The notes under the pieces are model-generated. The model was not told the origin of the DNA. It did no database searches and saw only the letters and a list, made by a program, of their open reading frames with translations. A stretch of DNA of 64,000 nucleotides, from contig JAJDEG010000313.1 in NCBI GenBank assembly GCA_029259895.1, forward strand, positions 360 to 64,359. The letters run 5' to 3'. Position 1 is the stretch's first letter, and each line of letters starts with the position of its first letter. Shown here one piece after another: positions 52,573 to 61,809 of the stretch. The stretch comes from Planctomycetota bacterium (GTDB lineage: Bacteria > Planctomycetota > Planctomycetia > Pirellulales > PLA5). The translations under genes were made by a program, and so were the position numbers.

Positions 52573-53403
52573 TTACCCCAAGGAAAGGATAGGTTGCAGT
52601 TCGGAGTCTCGCCGCGTGGCCGGTTCGGCGGCGTTTGACTCGGATAGGGTCGAATCGGCCGCGGTGGAATCTGCGGCGGTGGAATCGTCGTTATCTGGCC
52701 GATCCGCCGGCTGCTCGCCAGAGCAGAGGCAGCCGTTTTCGAGCGTGAGCACCCGGTCGGCGAAGGATTGGATGCGCGGATCGTGGGTGACGACGATCAC
52801 CGTGGCGCCAGTCCGAGCGGTGAGATCGCGGAGCAGTTGCATCGCCGCGTGGCCGTGCTGGCCGTCGAGCGAAGCGGTCGGTTCGTCGGCGAGGATGAGG
52901 TCGGGATTGGTGACGAGTGCGCGGGCGAGCGCGACGCGCTGGCATTGGCCGACGCTGAGCTTGCGAACGTTCTTGTTTCGGTGATCGGCCAGCGCGACGG
53001 CGTCGAGCAGTTCGGCGGCGCGGCGACGGGCGGCGGCTTCCGGAACGCCTTGCAAGGTGAGCGGCACGCAGACGTTTTCTTGTGCCGTGAGTCCGCGGAT
53101 GAGGTGGAAGCGTTGGAAGATGAAACCCATGTGGCGCAGTCGAAGCTGCGACGCGGCGTGGGGATCGAGACGACGCACGTCGTGGCCGAGCACTTCGACG
53201 CGGCCCTGGTCGGGGCTGAGGACGCAGCCGAGAATCGAAAGCAGCGTGGTCTTGCCGCTGCCCGACGGTCCGACGAGAAACACCCATTCGCCGCGATCGA
53301 CGGTGAACGTGATGTCGCGGAGAACGGGCGTGATGGTTGTGCCGCGGCCGTACGCTTTGGAGAGCGCATCGACGAGGATCGGCGTTGGCGCGTTGTGCGG
53401 CAT
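52573..53403 (-). CDS. ABC transporter ATP-binding protein (MacB/LolD/DevA type)
   Basis: ATG at 53403 (MPHNAPTPILV...). Walker A is LVGPSGSGKTTLLSILG, the signature is LSVGQCQRVALARAL, and Walker B is LILADEPTASLD. The acidic C-terminal tail carries an STAADSTAADST repeat. Confidence 0.9.
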   Translation of the reverse strand: MPHNAPTPILVDALSKAYGRGTTITPVLRDITFTVDRGEWVFLVGPSGSGKTTLLSILGCVLSPDQGRVEVLGHDVRRLDPHAASQLRLRHMGFIFQRFHLIRGLTAQENVCVPLTLQGVPEAAARRRAAELLDAVALADHRNKNVRKLSVGQCQRVALARALVTNPDLILADEPTASLDGQHGHAAMQLLRDLTARTGATVIVVTHDPRIQSFADRVLTLENGCLCSGEQPADRPDNDDSTAADSTAADSTLSESNAAEPATRRDSELQPILSLG

Positions 53404-53426
53404 GGTGGACCGGAGCGTCTTTGCGA

Positions 53427-54551
53427 TCAGGATTGCAGGACCATTGCCGGATCGACGCGGCGGATACGGAGATAGGGCGCGGCGGCCGCGGCGAGGCAAA
53501 TGATGAGTACGAGCGTGACGCTGCCGAACGACAGCCACCAGGGGACGACGATCGGCGCGCGCGGGTTGCTCATCAGCGATTGGCTGGCAAAGACCACCAT
53601 CAGGCCGACGAGCGAACCGACGAGCGCCATGGCGACGGCTTGAGACGAAAGGATCGTGAATATCTGGCGGTCCGTCGCGCCGATGGCCTTGAGCGCGGCG
53701 TATTCGGTAATTCGATCGAGTACCGAGGCGTACAACGTTTGGGCGACAATGACGAGGCCGACGGCCAGACCGAGAAGCGTGGCCGCGCCGAAGCTAATGC
53801 CCAGGCCGGTTCGTTTTAGCCAGTAGTCGATCGACCAACCGGCGTATTCGTCGCGCGTGCAGGCTTCGACCTCGGGCAGGCACTGCTTGATGTCTCGGCA
53901 GACGTCGGCGGCGTTTGCACCGGGGACGAGCGTGACGACGAAATAGGAGCACTTGTCGGCCGGCTTTTGCAGGTAGCCAGCGGCCCGTTCGAGCGTGGTG
54001 AAGACGTAGGGCGTGACCAGGAATCCGAGGATGCCTTCGCTTTGCGCCACGATGCGCGCCCTTTGCCCGCCGATCTCGCGGAGGTCGCCCACCTGCGGGT
54101 GTCCGATCTTGTCGGCGTCGCAGACGTCGATGATGACGCCGTCAGGCTTGCGGATATCGTCGGATCGTCCTTCGACGATTCGCCAGGCGTTGCCGAGGAG
54201 CGATGCCGGGTCGCTGCCGACGACGAGGACCGGTTCAAAGCCGCCGTCGGGAAGCGTCATCACGCTGTGGCCGATGATGTACGGTTCCGCCTGGGCGACG
54301 CCGGGGACGGCCCGAACGCGGTGGACCCAGCGGCGGGGAATGTCGCGGGGAAAATCGACGTTGTGCATGTGGCGGTGGCCGACCCAAACGTCGGCCTCGC
54401 CGTTGTCGACGAGCAGGCTGGCCTTGCGAATAAGCCCGACGAACAGACCGCCTTGGACGTTGACCAAGACGACGGCGAAGACGACGCCGACGAGCGCCGT
54501 AAGCAGCTTGCCGCGGTCTTCGAGCAGCGTCTTGAGGGCGAGGGTCCACAT
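53427..54551 (-). CDS. FtsX-fold ABC exporter permease, DevC-like
   Basis: 374 aa. N-terminus MWTLALKTLLEDRGKLLTALVGVVFAVVLVNVQGGLF, a periplasmic domain of about 220 aa, and three C-terminal helices. This architecture matches DevC/MacB type VII ABC exporters. Confidence 0.85.
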   Translation of the reverse strand: MWTLALKTLLEDRGKLLTALVGVVFAVVLVNVQGGLFVGLIRKASLLVDNGEADVWVGHRHMHNVDFPRDIPRRWVHRVRAVPGVAQAEPYIIGHSVMTLPDGGFEPVLVVGSDPASLLGNAWRIVEGRSDDIRKPDGVIIDVCDADKIGHPQVGDLREIGGQRARIVAQSEGILGFLVTPYVFTTLERAAGYLQKPADKCSYFVVTLVPGANAADVCRDIKQCLPEVEACTRDEYAGWSIDYWLKRTGLGISFGAATLLGLAVGLVIVAQTLYASVLDRITEYAALKAIGATDRQIFTILSSQAVAMALVGSLVGLMVVFASQSLMSNPRAPIVVPWWLSFGSVTLVLIICLAAAAAPYLRIRRVDPAMVLQS

Positions 54552-54573
54552 AATGTCGAAATTGTCATCACGA

Positions 54574-55347
54574 TCAGAGAGTCGGCTCCATCGACGTTAC
54601 GTCGATGGATAGCGAGTCGAAAGCATGTTGATCGACGAGAGCGAGCTTTCCCTCGCTGCTGGCGACAATCGCGAAGTACTCGCGGTCGGACGGAGACATC
54701 GGACGGGGCCGCACCACGTCCGCAGGCAGTGGCTCGCCGAAGAACAACTCGTAGTTCGGAGGTTGCTCGCGGTCGACGTACGCGAAGTCGAGGCAAAGAG
54801 CTTCAGCCAACTTATTGCAGACGGAAGGATACTTTCGGACATCGCCGATCGGCTGAAACGCCATGTAGCGGCGATAGAAGCGGGCGTGTCGCGGATGGAC
54901 GGCGACCAACAGTTGGTCGACGCCGCGAAAACGGGCGCTTTGCACCATCAGCCGGCAAAGCTCAACGAATACGGGGAAGTAACGGCCTGGGTCGCGACGC
55001 CGATCGGCCAGGCAGGAAACCTCGGCGATCGTACCGCCGGCAGCGCGTAGATCCTCGATTTCGCCAGGGTAGATGACCTCCATCGGCAGTCCGAGGTTGC
55101 TGTCGACGATCAGGCTTACCGTGCAGATGACCTCGCCATCGAGGCGGGCGATGAACACGTCGCTGGTCGGGAGAAGCTGATAGGGCGTAACCCTCATTTC
55201 GTAAGGGTTGGGCGGACACAGACCGACGCGCGTATACGCTTGGTGGGTCAGCCCAAAGGCGGCGGCGCGTTCGGCTCGGGTGGCGGCGATCTTATAGTCG
55301 ATCGGCACTCCGGCAACGCTGTTTCGCAAATTCGACAGCAAACTCAT
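54574..55347 (-). CDS. FeeM-like long-chain N-acyl amino acid synthase (GNAT/autoinducer-synthase fold)
   Basis: 257 aa. AAAFGLTHQAYTRVGL...MRVTPYQLLPTSDVFIARLDGEVICTVSLIVDSNLGLPMEVIYPGEIEDLRAAGGTIAEVSCLA matches my recollection of the FeeM/NAS core (DS..GLPM, E..LR, AEV..LA). First gene of the operon. Confidence 0.6.
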   Translation of the reverse strand: MSLLSNLRNSVAGVPIDYKIAATRAERAAAFGLTHQAYTRVGLCPPNPYEMRVTPYQLLPTSDVFIARLDGEVICTVSLIVDSNLGLPMEVIYPGEIEDLRAAGGTIAEVSCLADRRRDPGRYFPVFVELCRLMVQSARFRGVDQLLVAVHPRHARFYRRYMAFQPIGDVRKYPSVCNKLAEALCLDFAYVDREQPPNYELFFGEPLPADVVRPRPMSPSDREYFAIVASSEGKLALVDQHAFDSLSIDVTSMEPTL

Positions 55348-55683
55348 TTCCCACCGCGGAGTGCGTCATGGCTGGTTGGGGATCGCGCATTGCCGAAACC
55401 TCTAAAACCCTACGGCGCTTAGCCTTAGGCGTCAAAAAAACGCGGGCGGTTCGATATCTAAAAGGGAATTTGGGCCGGGCGGGGCCGAGCGACCGCAACA
55501 CCTCGGACGAAGTTCGTCATCGGCGGCACGCCGCGACGGCATTAACGAACGTGCGGATTCTGCGACCATTTTGCGGGTTTGCAACGCGAAAACGCGCCGG
55601 CCTCGCCGATAGGCTCGACGCGCGCAGCTCGGGAAAAGGGAGTAGGGGTGTGCGGAACGAAAGCAGTGACGGGGCGCGTTGGA

Positions 55684-57150
55684 CTACTCCGTGGGAGGGA
55701 GCCTTTGGACGACTTCTTTGGCCGTGGCGGTATCTCCCAGGTCGCCGGTCACGAAATTCACGCGCAGTACCGCAATGACGTAGTCGTAAATGGCGAGTTG
55801 ATAGTCGCGGGCGGTGACGGCGTGGCGCGTTTCGGCGTCGAGGACTTCGGTGTTCGTGCCGACGCCTTGGCCGTAGCGGAGCCGCGACACGCGCAAGCTC
55901 TCCGCCGCCTGCTCGACCGCCTCGCGCGTGACCTCGATGCGGCTGTGTGCTTCGCGCGTGGCGAGCCACGCTTGGCGAACTTCGAGTGCGATTTGCAGCT
56001 TTTGATCTTCGTGGAGCGCGAGGATGCGGTCCGCGGAGAGTGAGTCGGCCTCGGCCGCGTAGCGCTTGCGGCCGGCGTCGAACACGTTGTACTGAAGCAC
56101 CACGCCGGCGGCGGCGATGCCTTCGGGCGTCTGAAAGTCGTTTTCCGTGAACGCATAGGAGCCGCGCAGTTCGATCTGCGGCGCGTGGGCGGCCCGGGTC
56201 GCGTCGGCCAAGTGGCGAAGCGACGCGGACTGCGCCGCGAGCGACGCGAGTTCGGGGCGGTTGTTCCACGCGCGGTCGGTAAGGCGATCGACTTGCTCGC
56301 GAAGCGGCACGAGCGGCAACTCTTCGAGCCGGACCGGCGCGTCCAGTGGGCGGGCAAGATGGCGGTTGAACTTGGCGCACGACTGATCGAGGTGGCTTTG
56401 GGCTTGGATCTCGCGGTGACGGGCTTGGGCTCGGGCGACTTGAGCCGCGAGCAGGTCGGTCTGCGGCACCATTTCGTGCTCGAACATCTGAGCGACGTCG
56501 CGTTCGTGAGCGAGCATGTTTTGAAGGCTCTGGCTGGCGACCGCCGAGATTTGCCGAGCGCGAAGCACGCCGACGTAGGCCTCGGCGACGGCCATTTTCA
56601 CCGCAAGTTCCGTCCGCTCGGCCTCGGCATGTTCGGACGAGACGCGCGCTTCGGCAGCGCCGACTTGATGCGTGATGCGGCCGCTCGTGTAGAGCGGCAG
56701 CGACGCAGTGGCGCCGGCGGCGAAATTGTCGCGTTGCGAATAGGGGAACGTCAGCGGTCCGCCGAAGCCGGGAGCGACGAATTGGAACGACGGCTCGCTA
56801 TCGCGAACGGTGTAGCCCGTTTCCACGAAAAGCTGCGGCCAGCGATCGGCCGACGCGGCGGACGTCCGCATTTGCGCGGCGGAGATCGCCTGCCGGCTGG
56901 CGTCGAGGCGATGGTCGACCCCCAGCGCGTGCGACCACGCCTGGGCCAACGTTTCCGCGCGAGTTGACGACGCGGAAACTAGGCCGATGGCGAGCGATAG
57001 CGCAATATGGGCAACGACGATTCGCAATTCCGCCTCGACGAGACTTGCGGCTGCTAGCAATGGCGGCATCGCACAATTGGGCAGAGTTCGCGCAGCCGCT
57101 TGAGAAACTTCGGCGCTGGTTGCGGCGGGCGGTGAGGAATTGTGAGGCAC
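55684..57150 (-). CDS. TolC-family outer-membrane efflux protein
   Basis: About 460-490 aa with two OEP-type repeats. The N-terminus after the signal peptide is ETLAQAWSHALGVDHRLDASRQAISAAQ. The ORF-track start is GTG at 57150. ATG at 57069 (MPPLLAAAS...) is more likely. Confidence 0.85.
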   Translation of the reverse strand: MPHNSSPPAATSAEVSQAAARTLPNCAMPPLLAAASLVEAELRIVVAHIALSLAIGLVSASSTRAETLAQAWSHALGVDHRLDASRQAISAAQMRTSAASADRWPQLFVETGYTVRDSEPSFQFVAPGFGGPLTFPYSQRDNFAAGATASLPLYTSGRITHQVGAAEARVSSEHAEAERTELAVKMAVAEAYVGVLRARQISAVASQSLQNMLAHERDVAQMFEHEMVPQTDLLAAQVARAQARHREIQAQSHLDQSCAKFNRHLARPLDAPVRLEELPLVPLREQVDRLTDRAWNNRPELASLAAQSASLRHLADATRAAHAPQIELRGSYAFTENDFQTPEGIAAAGVVLQYNVFDAGRKRYAAEADSLSADRILALHEDQKLQIALEVRQAWLATREAHSRIEVTREAVEQAAESLRVSRLRYGQGVGTNTEVLDAETRHAVTARDYQLAIYDYVIAVLRVNFVTGDLGDTATAKEVVQRLPPTE

Positions 57151-57249
57151 CCGGCCGGAATACTCGGCAGCGTTTCGCTAGATTGCCCAATTACCTAGAG
57201 CGGCCCGTGCAGGGCAATGGGGCGGCGGCGCGGTGAGATGGCAGTCGGA

Positions 57250-58596
57250 TTACCGAGGCGAGAGCTGGGCCTCACTTAGCAAGATTTCCGCGACGACAGC
57301 GTTGCCGGCGGCCGTCCAATGGGCGTCGTCCGGAAAGTAGACCAACTCGCCTCGATTGGCCGCCGCGACCAGGCCCGGCGTGAGGTCGACGTAGTCGATT
57401 TCGTGCGACGCGCACCAGCGGACGAGCAGCCCGTTGAGGTCGCTGGCACGCCACTCGCCGATGGTCGAACCGTCGACCGGCACGACGAGGTCGCGATAAA
57501 CGCGCCATTTCGTCGGCACGAAGACTAAAACGATGCGAATATCGTGCGCGCGCGTTTCTTTCGCCGCGGCGAGCCATAGCGACTGCGTCTTGGCAAGCGT
57601 CGCTCGCTCGGCCGGAGGCAGTGGTTCGCAGCGGTAGCCAAAGTACATGGTCTGGCCGTCTCGATCGCCGACATTTCGGAGTCGGCCTGCCCGCGATCGC
57701 GCGATTGCCGGGTTCCGCGGCGTCGTCGTCGACCAGTTGGCGAAGGCCAGCGCCGCATTGCGGACGAAGCTGCGGCGGAAGAACCCGTGTTCGCGGCGGA
57801 GCCAGCCGTCCCAATCGGCGCGGATTCCGTCGTAGGCCGCAGCGTTGGCGAGGTCGTTGCCTTCGTAGAACATCCAGACGACCGTCTTCGGCTGTGCGCC
57901 AAAACCAAATCGACGCATGGCCGCCCATTGTTGCTGAGGGCCGTAGCCGCCGTGGGCGAGATTCAGCACGGGCCGGGCAAGACTTCTCGACAGCCGAGCA
58001 ACGACCGTCTCCTCGAACGGCACGAGCACCGCCTCGGCGTACGAATCGCCAAGGACGACAACGTCGGCCGATTCTATTTGGACGTCGCCAGGCGCACCGT
58101 TGCGGAAGCCATTGGCGTCCCAGGCGACGTCGACGGCGTACTTCCGGTCGGTTTCAATGTCGAGGCGGTCGACGAGGTCGCCCGGCACTTCGCCGGAAAA
58201 ATGCTCGTGGGGAACGTGGATGCCGATCAGCTCGCGATCGAGGCGGTAGCGGGGATTGTAAAGCGTCGAGACGCCGTCGGTCGCCAGCACGGTTCGGTAA
58301 TCGAGCCAACCAAAGAGAACGGGAATCTCGCAGAGTGCCACGCCAAGCAGCGTCGAAAGGGCAGCAGCCGCCAGACGAAATTTGCGGACCCGGCGTTCGG
58401 CCGGCTCGTTGGTAGCTAGGACGTAAGCCAAACCGAGGACGCCAAGCGAAACGAGAACCAGGAGCACAAATCGACCCATCGGAAGCCGTCCAGCAACGCC
58501 AGCGGGGTCCGGATTTCGCAGAATGCCCCAGCACCAGACGGCAGCAAGGGCAGCGAAAACCGCGGCAAAAGTAGCTCTCGGACGGGGTGCGGGCAT
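57250..58596 (-). CDS. membrane-anchored SGNH/AlgJ-AlgX-like O-acyl(acetyl)transferase or esterase
   Basis: ATG at 58596 (MPAPRPRATF...), followed by three N-terminal helices. Motifs VVVLGDSYAEA, VFVPTKWRVY and FPDDAHWTAAGN (the D-x-H-W seen in AlgJ-type enzymes). Confidence 0.6.
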   Translation of the reverse strand: MPAPRPRATFAAVFAALAAVWCWGILRNPDPAGVAGRLPMGRFVLLVLVSLGVLGLAYVLATNEPAERRVRKFRLAAAALSTLLGVALCEIPVLFGWLDYRTVLATDGVSTLYNPRYRLDRELIGIHVPHEHFSGEVPGDLVDRLDIETDRKYAVDVAWDANGFRNGAPGDVQIESADVVVLGDSYAEAVLVPFEETVVARLSRSLARPVLNLAHGGYGPQQQWAAMRRFGFGAQPKTVVWMFYEGNDLANAAAYDGIRADWDGWLRREHGFFRRSFVRNAALAFANWSTTTPRNPAIARSRAGRLRNVGDRDGQTMYFGYRCEPLPPAERATLAKTQSLWLAAAKETRAHDIRIVLVFVPTKWRVYRDLVVPVDGSTIGEWRASDLNGLLVRWCASHEIDYVDLTPGLVAAANRGELVYFPDDAHWTAAGNAVVAEILLSEAQLSPR

Positions 58597-58940
58597 GAAT
58601 TCTACCGTAATCTCCGCCCGGCGCGACGTACAGGCGGTCGGTTTCCGCGAGCAGGACTTTTGCAATTCCGTCGGCAATTCTAGGCTCTGACGCGGGCAGA
58701 ACCCTGCCTCCTAGCGGTTAGCTAAATATCCCCAGAAACCAGGGGTTTGGCCGTCTCTAAACTTCTAGGGTGTCAGGACTTACGGCGCGGCGGCCTAAAG
58801 CAAGTAGATAGGCCGGCCGTGGCTGTGCGCGATTCGTGGGGACTTGCTAGCGACGGACATTCGTCGCGGCTTGAAATTCGTTCGCGGATTCGGCAACTAG
58901 ATTTGCTTACTTATGCAGTGGAATCAGGAGTTTTGAAGCT

Positions 58941-59942
58941 ATGATGCGCGTGATAACAAGGGCGGTTGCCGTCTTGGTTTTGGCTTTGTGTTCGTCGCCG
59001 ACGTTTGCGGCGATCACGGTCAATGGCGAGATGTCGGACTGGGGCGTGAACGGCGGTTTGACCGGCAATACGATCTCGTTTTCCGGGGCGTCGGGTGTGA
59101 CGAATTCGGCGACGTTCTTGCCGGACCCCGATCCCGTGCCGACGTCGACCGTGAACAATTTCTTGGGAATGGGGTCGACGCTGTTCTATCAACACGAGGA
59201 TCGCGTTGGAAGCGGCGGTTTCGTGGGTCCGCATTACGGCGGTCAGGATTACGACGTCGAGTTCTTGGGCGCTCTGAGATCGGGTAGCGACTTGCTTATT
59301 GGCATTGTTTCCGGCCAGCGCCCGGATAACGGTTTCAACAATTACAGCCCGGGCGACATTCGCTTGACGATCAACGGAATGCTATTCGGCATTGAAGTCG
59401 GCGGAACCGGCGGCGGTACCGGCCTGTTGACCGAAGGCGGCCCTGGTTCGACGTACAAGCTGTACTCGAACGGCCACACGAGAGGCGCGCAAGATTCGGA
59501 CGGTACTGTCTACGGGGCGGACCCGCCGGGAACGTTGCTCCCCAGTCAGACGGCCGGCTCGATTTGGAAGCCGGATAACTGGGTCGACGTGGCGTTCGAT
59601 CCGGGTGACGATACGCAGTTTCAGATTCTCGCTGGCGATTTCGTTGGAACCAGCGACTACGCCTTCTCGCGAGACTCAGTTGGAACGCACCACTCGTTCA
59701 TCGAAGCGAAGATCGACTTGAACCTGATCATGGCATACTTGGGATTGGACAACCTTGGGGATTTGGACGTGCAGTCGGTCGAGTGGTCGCCGTCGTGCCG
59801 TAACGACGTCCTGTTCGTCGAACTCGAAACGGAAACCGGTCCGAACGACGTCGTTCCGGAACCGGCCAGCATCTTGATCTGGTCGCTCGTTTCCGCGGCT
59901 GCGGTCTTTTCGTATCGTAGGAAGTCGCAGCGACGATCGTAG
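58941..59942 (+). CDS. PEP-CTERM sorting-domain protein
   Basis: AGGAG at 58926-58930 lies 10 nt before the ATG. Signal peptide MMRVITRAVAVLVLALCSSPTFA. C-terminus VVPEPASILIWSLVSAAAVFSYRRKSQRRS. Confidence 0.9.
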   Translation: MMRVITRAVAVLVLALCSSPTFAAITVNGEMSDWGVNGGLTGNTISFSGASGVTNSATFLPDPDPVPTSTVNNFLGMGSTLFYQHEDRVGSGGFVGPHYGGQDYDVEFLGALRSGSDLLIGIVSGQRPDNGFNNYSPGDIRLTINGMLFGIEVGGTGGGTGLLTEGGPGSTYKLYSNGHTRGAQDSDGTVYGADPPGTLLPSQTAGSIWKPDNWVDVAFDPGDDTQFQILAGDFVGTSDYAFSRDSVGTHHSFIEAKIDLNLIMAYLGLDNLGDLDVQSVEWSPSCRNDVLFVELETETGPNDVVPEPASILIWSLVSAAAVFSYRRKSQRRS

Positions 59943-59956
59943 TCCGCCCGCGGGTC

Positions 59957-61642
59957 ATGAGCATTGTAATGCGAGACGTATGGGGCCGGTCCTCGGCCCC
60001 TTTTTGTTGCGCGGTGATCGCGGTAACGCTAGGGTTCGCGTTCGCCGGCCTGCCGCAATGCGCAGTTGGTGAAACGCGCATCGGCACCAATTTCACCGGG
60101 GCTCGATTCGGATTAGACGGGAACACGTTCATTCCGCCGGACACCATGGGAGCAGTTGGTGCGGCGAGCGTTGTCGAACTAATCAACGGCCGGTTCGCGG
60201 TGTACGACAAGGTCGACGGCAGCGTCCTGGCTAGCAAGTCGATCGATCAATTCTGGATTGATGCCGGCGTATCGCCGGTCGGATTCGCGTTCGATCCGCG
60301 GGTCGCGTACGACGCGGCGGAAGATCGTTGGCTCGCCGTGGCCGTCGACAATCAAGGCCAGACGAATAACTTCCTGGTGGCGGCTTCGACGACGGACGAT
60401 CCTTTGGACGCCTGGCGGGCGTTTGCGATTGCGAGCGACCCCTTCGATCCGGGCAATCCCAACGAAGTGCCGAAGTGGGCAGATTTTCCGACGCTGGGAT
60501 TCGACTCGCAGCGAATCTACGTCGGCGCGGATATGCTCAGCGTCTCGGATCGCTTGTTCCAGTCCGCGACCGTGTTGTTCATTCCGAAGATGGACCTGCT
60601 GGGCAACGAACCGACCATCGAGCGGAGCAGCTTACACGAGGACGCGACAAACTTAGGAAAATCGTTGCAGTTTTCCGTCGTGCAGGACGCCGACGCCTCC
60701 GTTTCGATTTCACTGGCCGTACCTCGCGTCGGGGCGGACGAGTTGATTTCGAGTCGCGTAACCGGTACGGTCGAGAATCCATTGTTGTCGAGCATGACGC
60801 TGCTTCCGATCGACCAACTGCCCGGTCCGCTACCCGCCCAGCAGCCCGCAATCGGCGGAGATCAAAAGCGACGCATTCACACGGGCACTGACCGATTCGC
60901 CAGCAGCGTCGTTCAACAGGGCGGCAGAGTGTGGGCCGTGGCATCGATCAGCGAGAATCTGAGGTCGGCCGTCCGATGGTTTGCCATCGATCCCGCGACG
61001 CAGGTCGTTTTGGATACAGGGATCGTCAGCGACGACGAGCTATCGTTCTACTACCCTTCGATCGCCGTCAATGAGTTTGGCGACGTCGTGATTGGCTTTA
61101 GCGGATCGAGCGCTAACCAACCTGTTAGCACGTATGCGGCCGTAGGAACTTTCGAGGATGGCGTTACTCAATTCGACGCCCCGATCCTTCTAAAAGCCGG
61201 CGTCGACGACTACGAACGTCTCGACAGCCGCGGCCGAAATCGCTGGGGCGACTACAGCGCCACTGTGGTCGATCCCGACGACCCGCGGAGTTTTTGGACT
61301 TTTCAGCAGTTCGTTTCCGGCGACGACGAGTGGGCGATTCAGATTACGCAGATACTGGTCGGCCAGTCGCCGCCGATGCCCGGCGATGCGAACGGGGATG
61401 GTGTCGTGGATCGGGCCGACGCGCGGCTGATGGCGATGAATTATGGCCGTGAGACGGGGGCCGTATTTGCCGACGGAGACTTCGACGGCGACGGTGCCGT
61501 GACGATGTTCGACGCGGCGATCTTGCATACGCATCTTACCGCCGCGTCTTCCGCGGCCGCCGTGCCGGAGCCAGGCGCTTTCGCACAGGTTTGCGGCGTC
61601 TTGGTGATGCTGGCGCTGGGACGTTGGCGACGACGACGGTGA
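59957..61642 (+). CDS. PEP-CTERM sorting-domain protein with dockerin-like EF-hand repeats
   Basis: 561 aa with a signal peptide and an N-terminal domain of about 470 aa of unknown function. Then GDANGDGVVDRADARLMAMNYG / DGDFDGDGAVTMFDAAIL, then AVPEPGAFAQVCGVLVMLALGRWRRRR. Confidence 0.87.
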   Translation: MSIVMRDVWGRSSAPFCCAVIAVTLGFAFAGLPQCAVGETRIGTNFTGARFGLDGNTFIPPDTMGAVGAASVVELINGRFAVYDKVDGSVLASKSIDQFWIDAGVSPVGFAFDPRVAYDAAEDRWLAVAVDNQGQTNNFLVAASTTDDPLDAWRAFAIASDPFDPGNPNEVPKWADFPTLGFDSQRIYVGADMLSVSDRLFQSATVLFIPKMDLLGNEPTIERSSLHEDATNLGKSLQFSVVQDADASVSISLAVPRVGADELISSRVTGTVENPLLSSMTLLPIDQLPGPLPAQQPAIGGDQKRRIHTGTDRFASSVVQQGGRVWAVASISENLRSAVRWFAIDPATQVVLDTGIVSDDELSFYYPSIAVNEFGDVVIGFSGSSANQPVSTYAAVGTFEDGVTQFDAPILLKAGVDDYERLDSRGRNRWGDYSATVVDPDDPRSFWTFQQFVSGDDEWAIQITQILVGQSPPMPGDANGDGVVDRADARLMAMNYGRETGAVFADGDFDGDGAVTMFDAAILHTHLTAASSAAAVPEPGAFAQVCGVLVMLALGRWRRRR

Positions 61643-61809
61643 CGACGACGATAGCGGTGACGGTGTGTCCTTGTTCACCGTGAACAGGAATCTCAGATCG
61701 GTCGGATCAGCCACGCGAGTCGGTCGGTCAAGGCGCTTCGAGAATGGAACGATTGGGTTTATCGCATTGGGGTTGAAAGCGAGGTGGGCGGTTCGTGCGA
61801 GATCGCGAA

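Noticed and set aside
55432-55569. 45-aa minus-strand sORF (MVAESARSLMPSRRAADDELRPRCCGRSAPPGPNSLLDIEPPAFF) in the TolC-NAS gap, considered as a possible RiPP precursor for the ThiF/nitroreductase pair.
   Set aside because: Third-position G+C is only 24/44 by hand count, well below the clearly coding genes here. There is no Shine-Dalgarno-like sequence and no leader or core features. It is probably chance, though worth a look if peptidomics is done.
61669-61688. Hairpin CCTTGTTCA-ccg-TGAACAGG after the third PEP-CTERM gene, considered as a terminator.
   Set aside because: The stem is short and bulged and no T-tract follows. It is not convincing as an intrinsic terminator.
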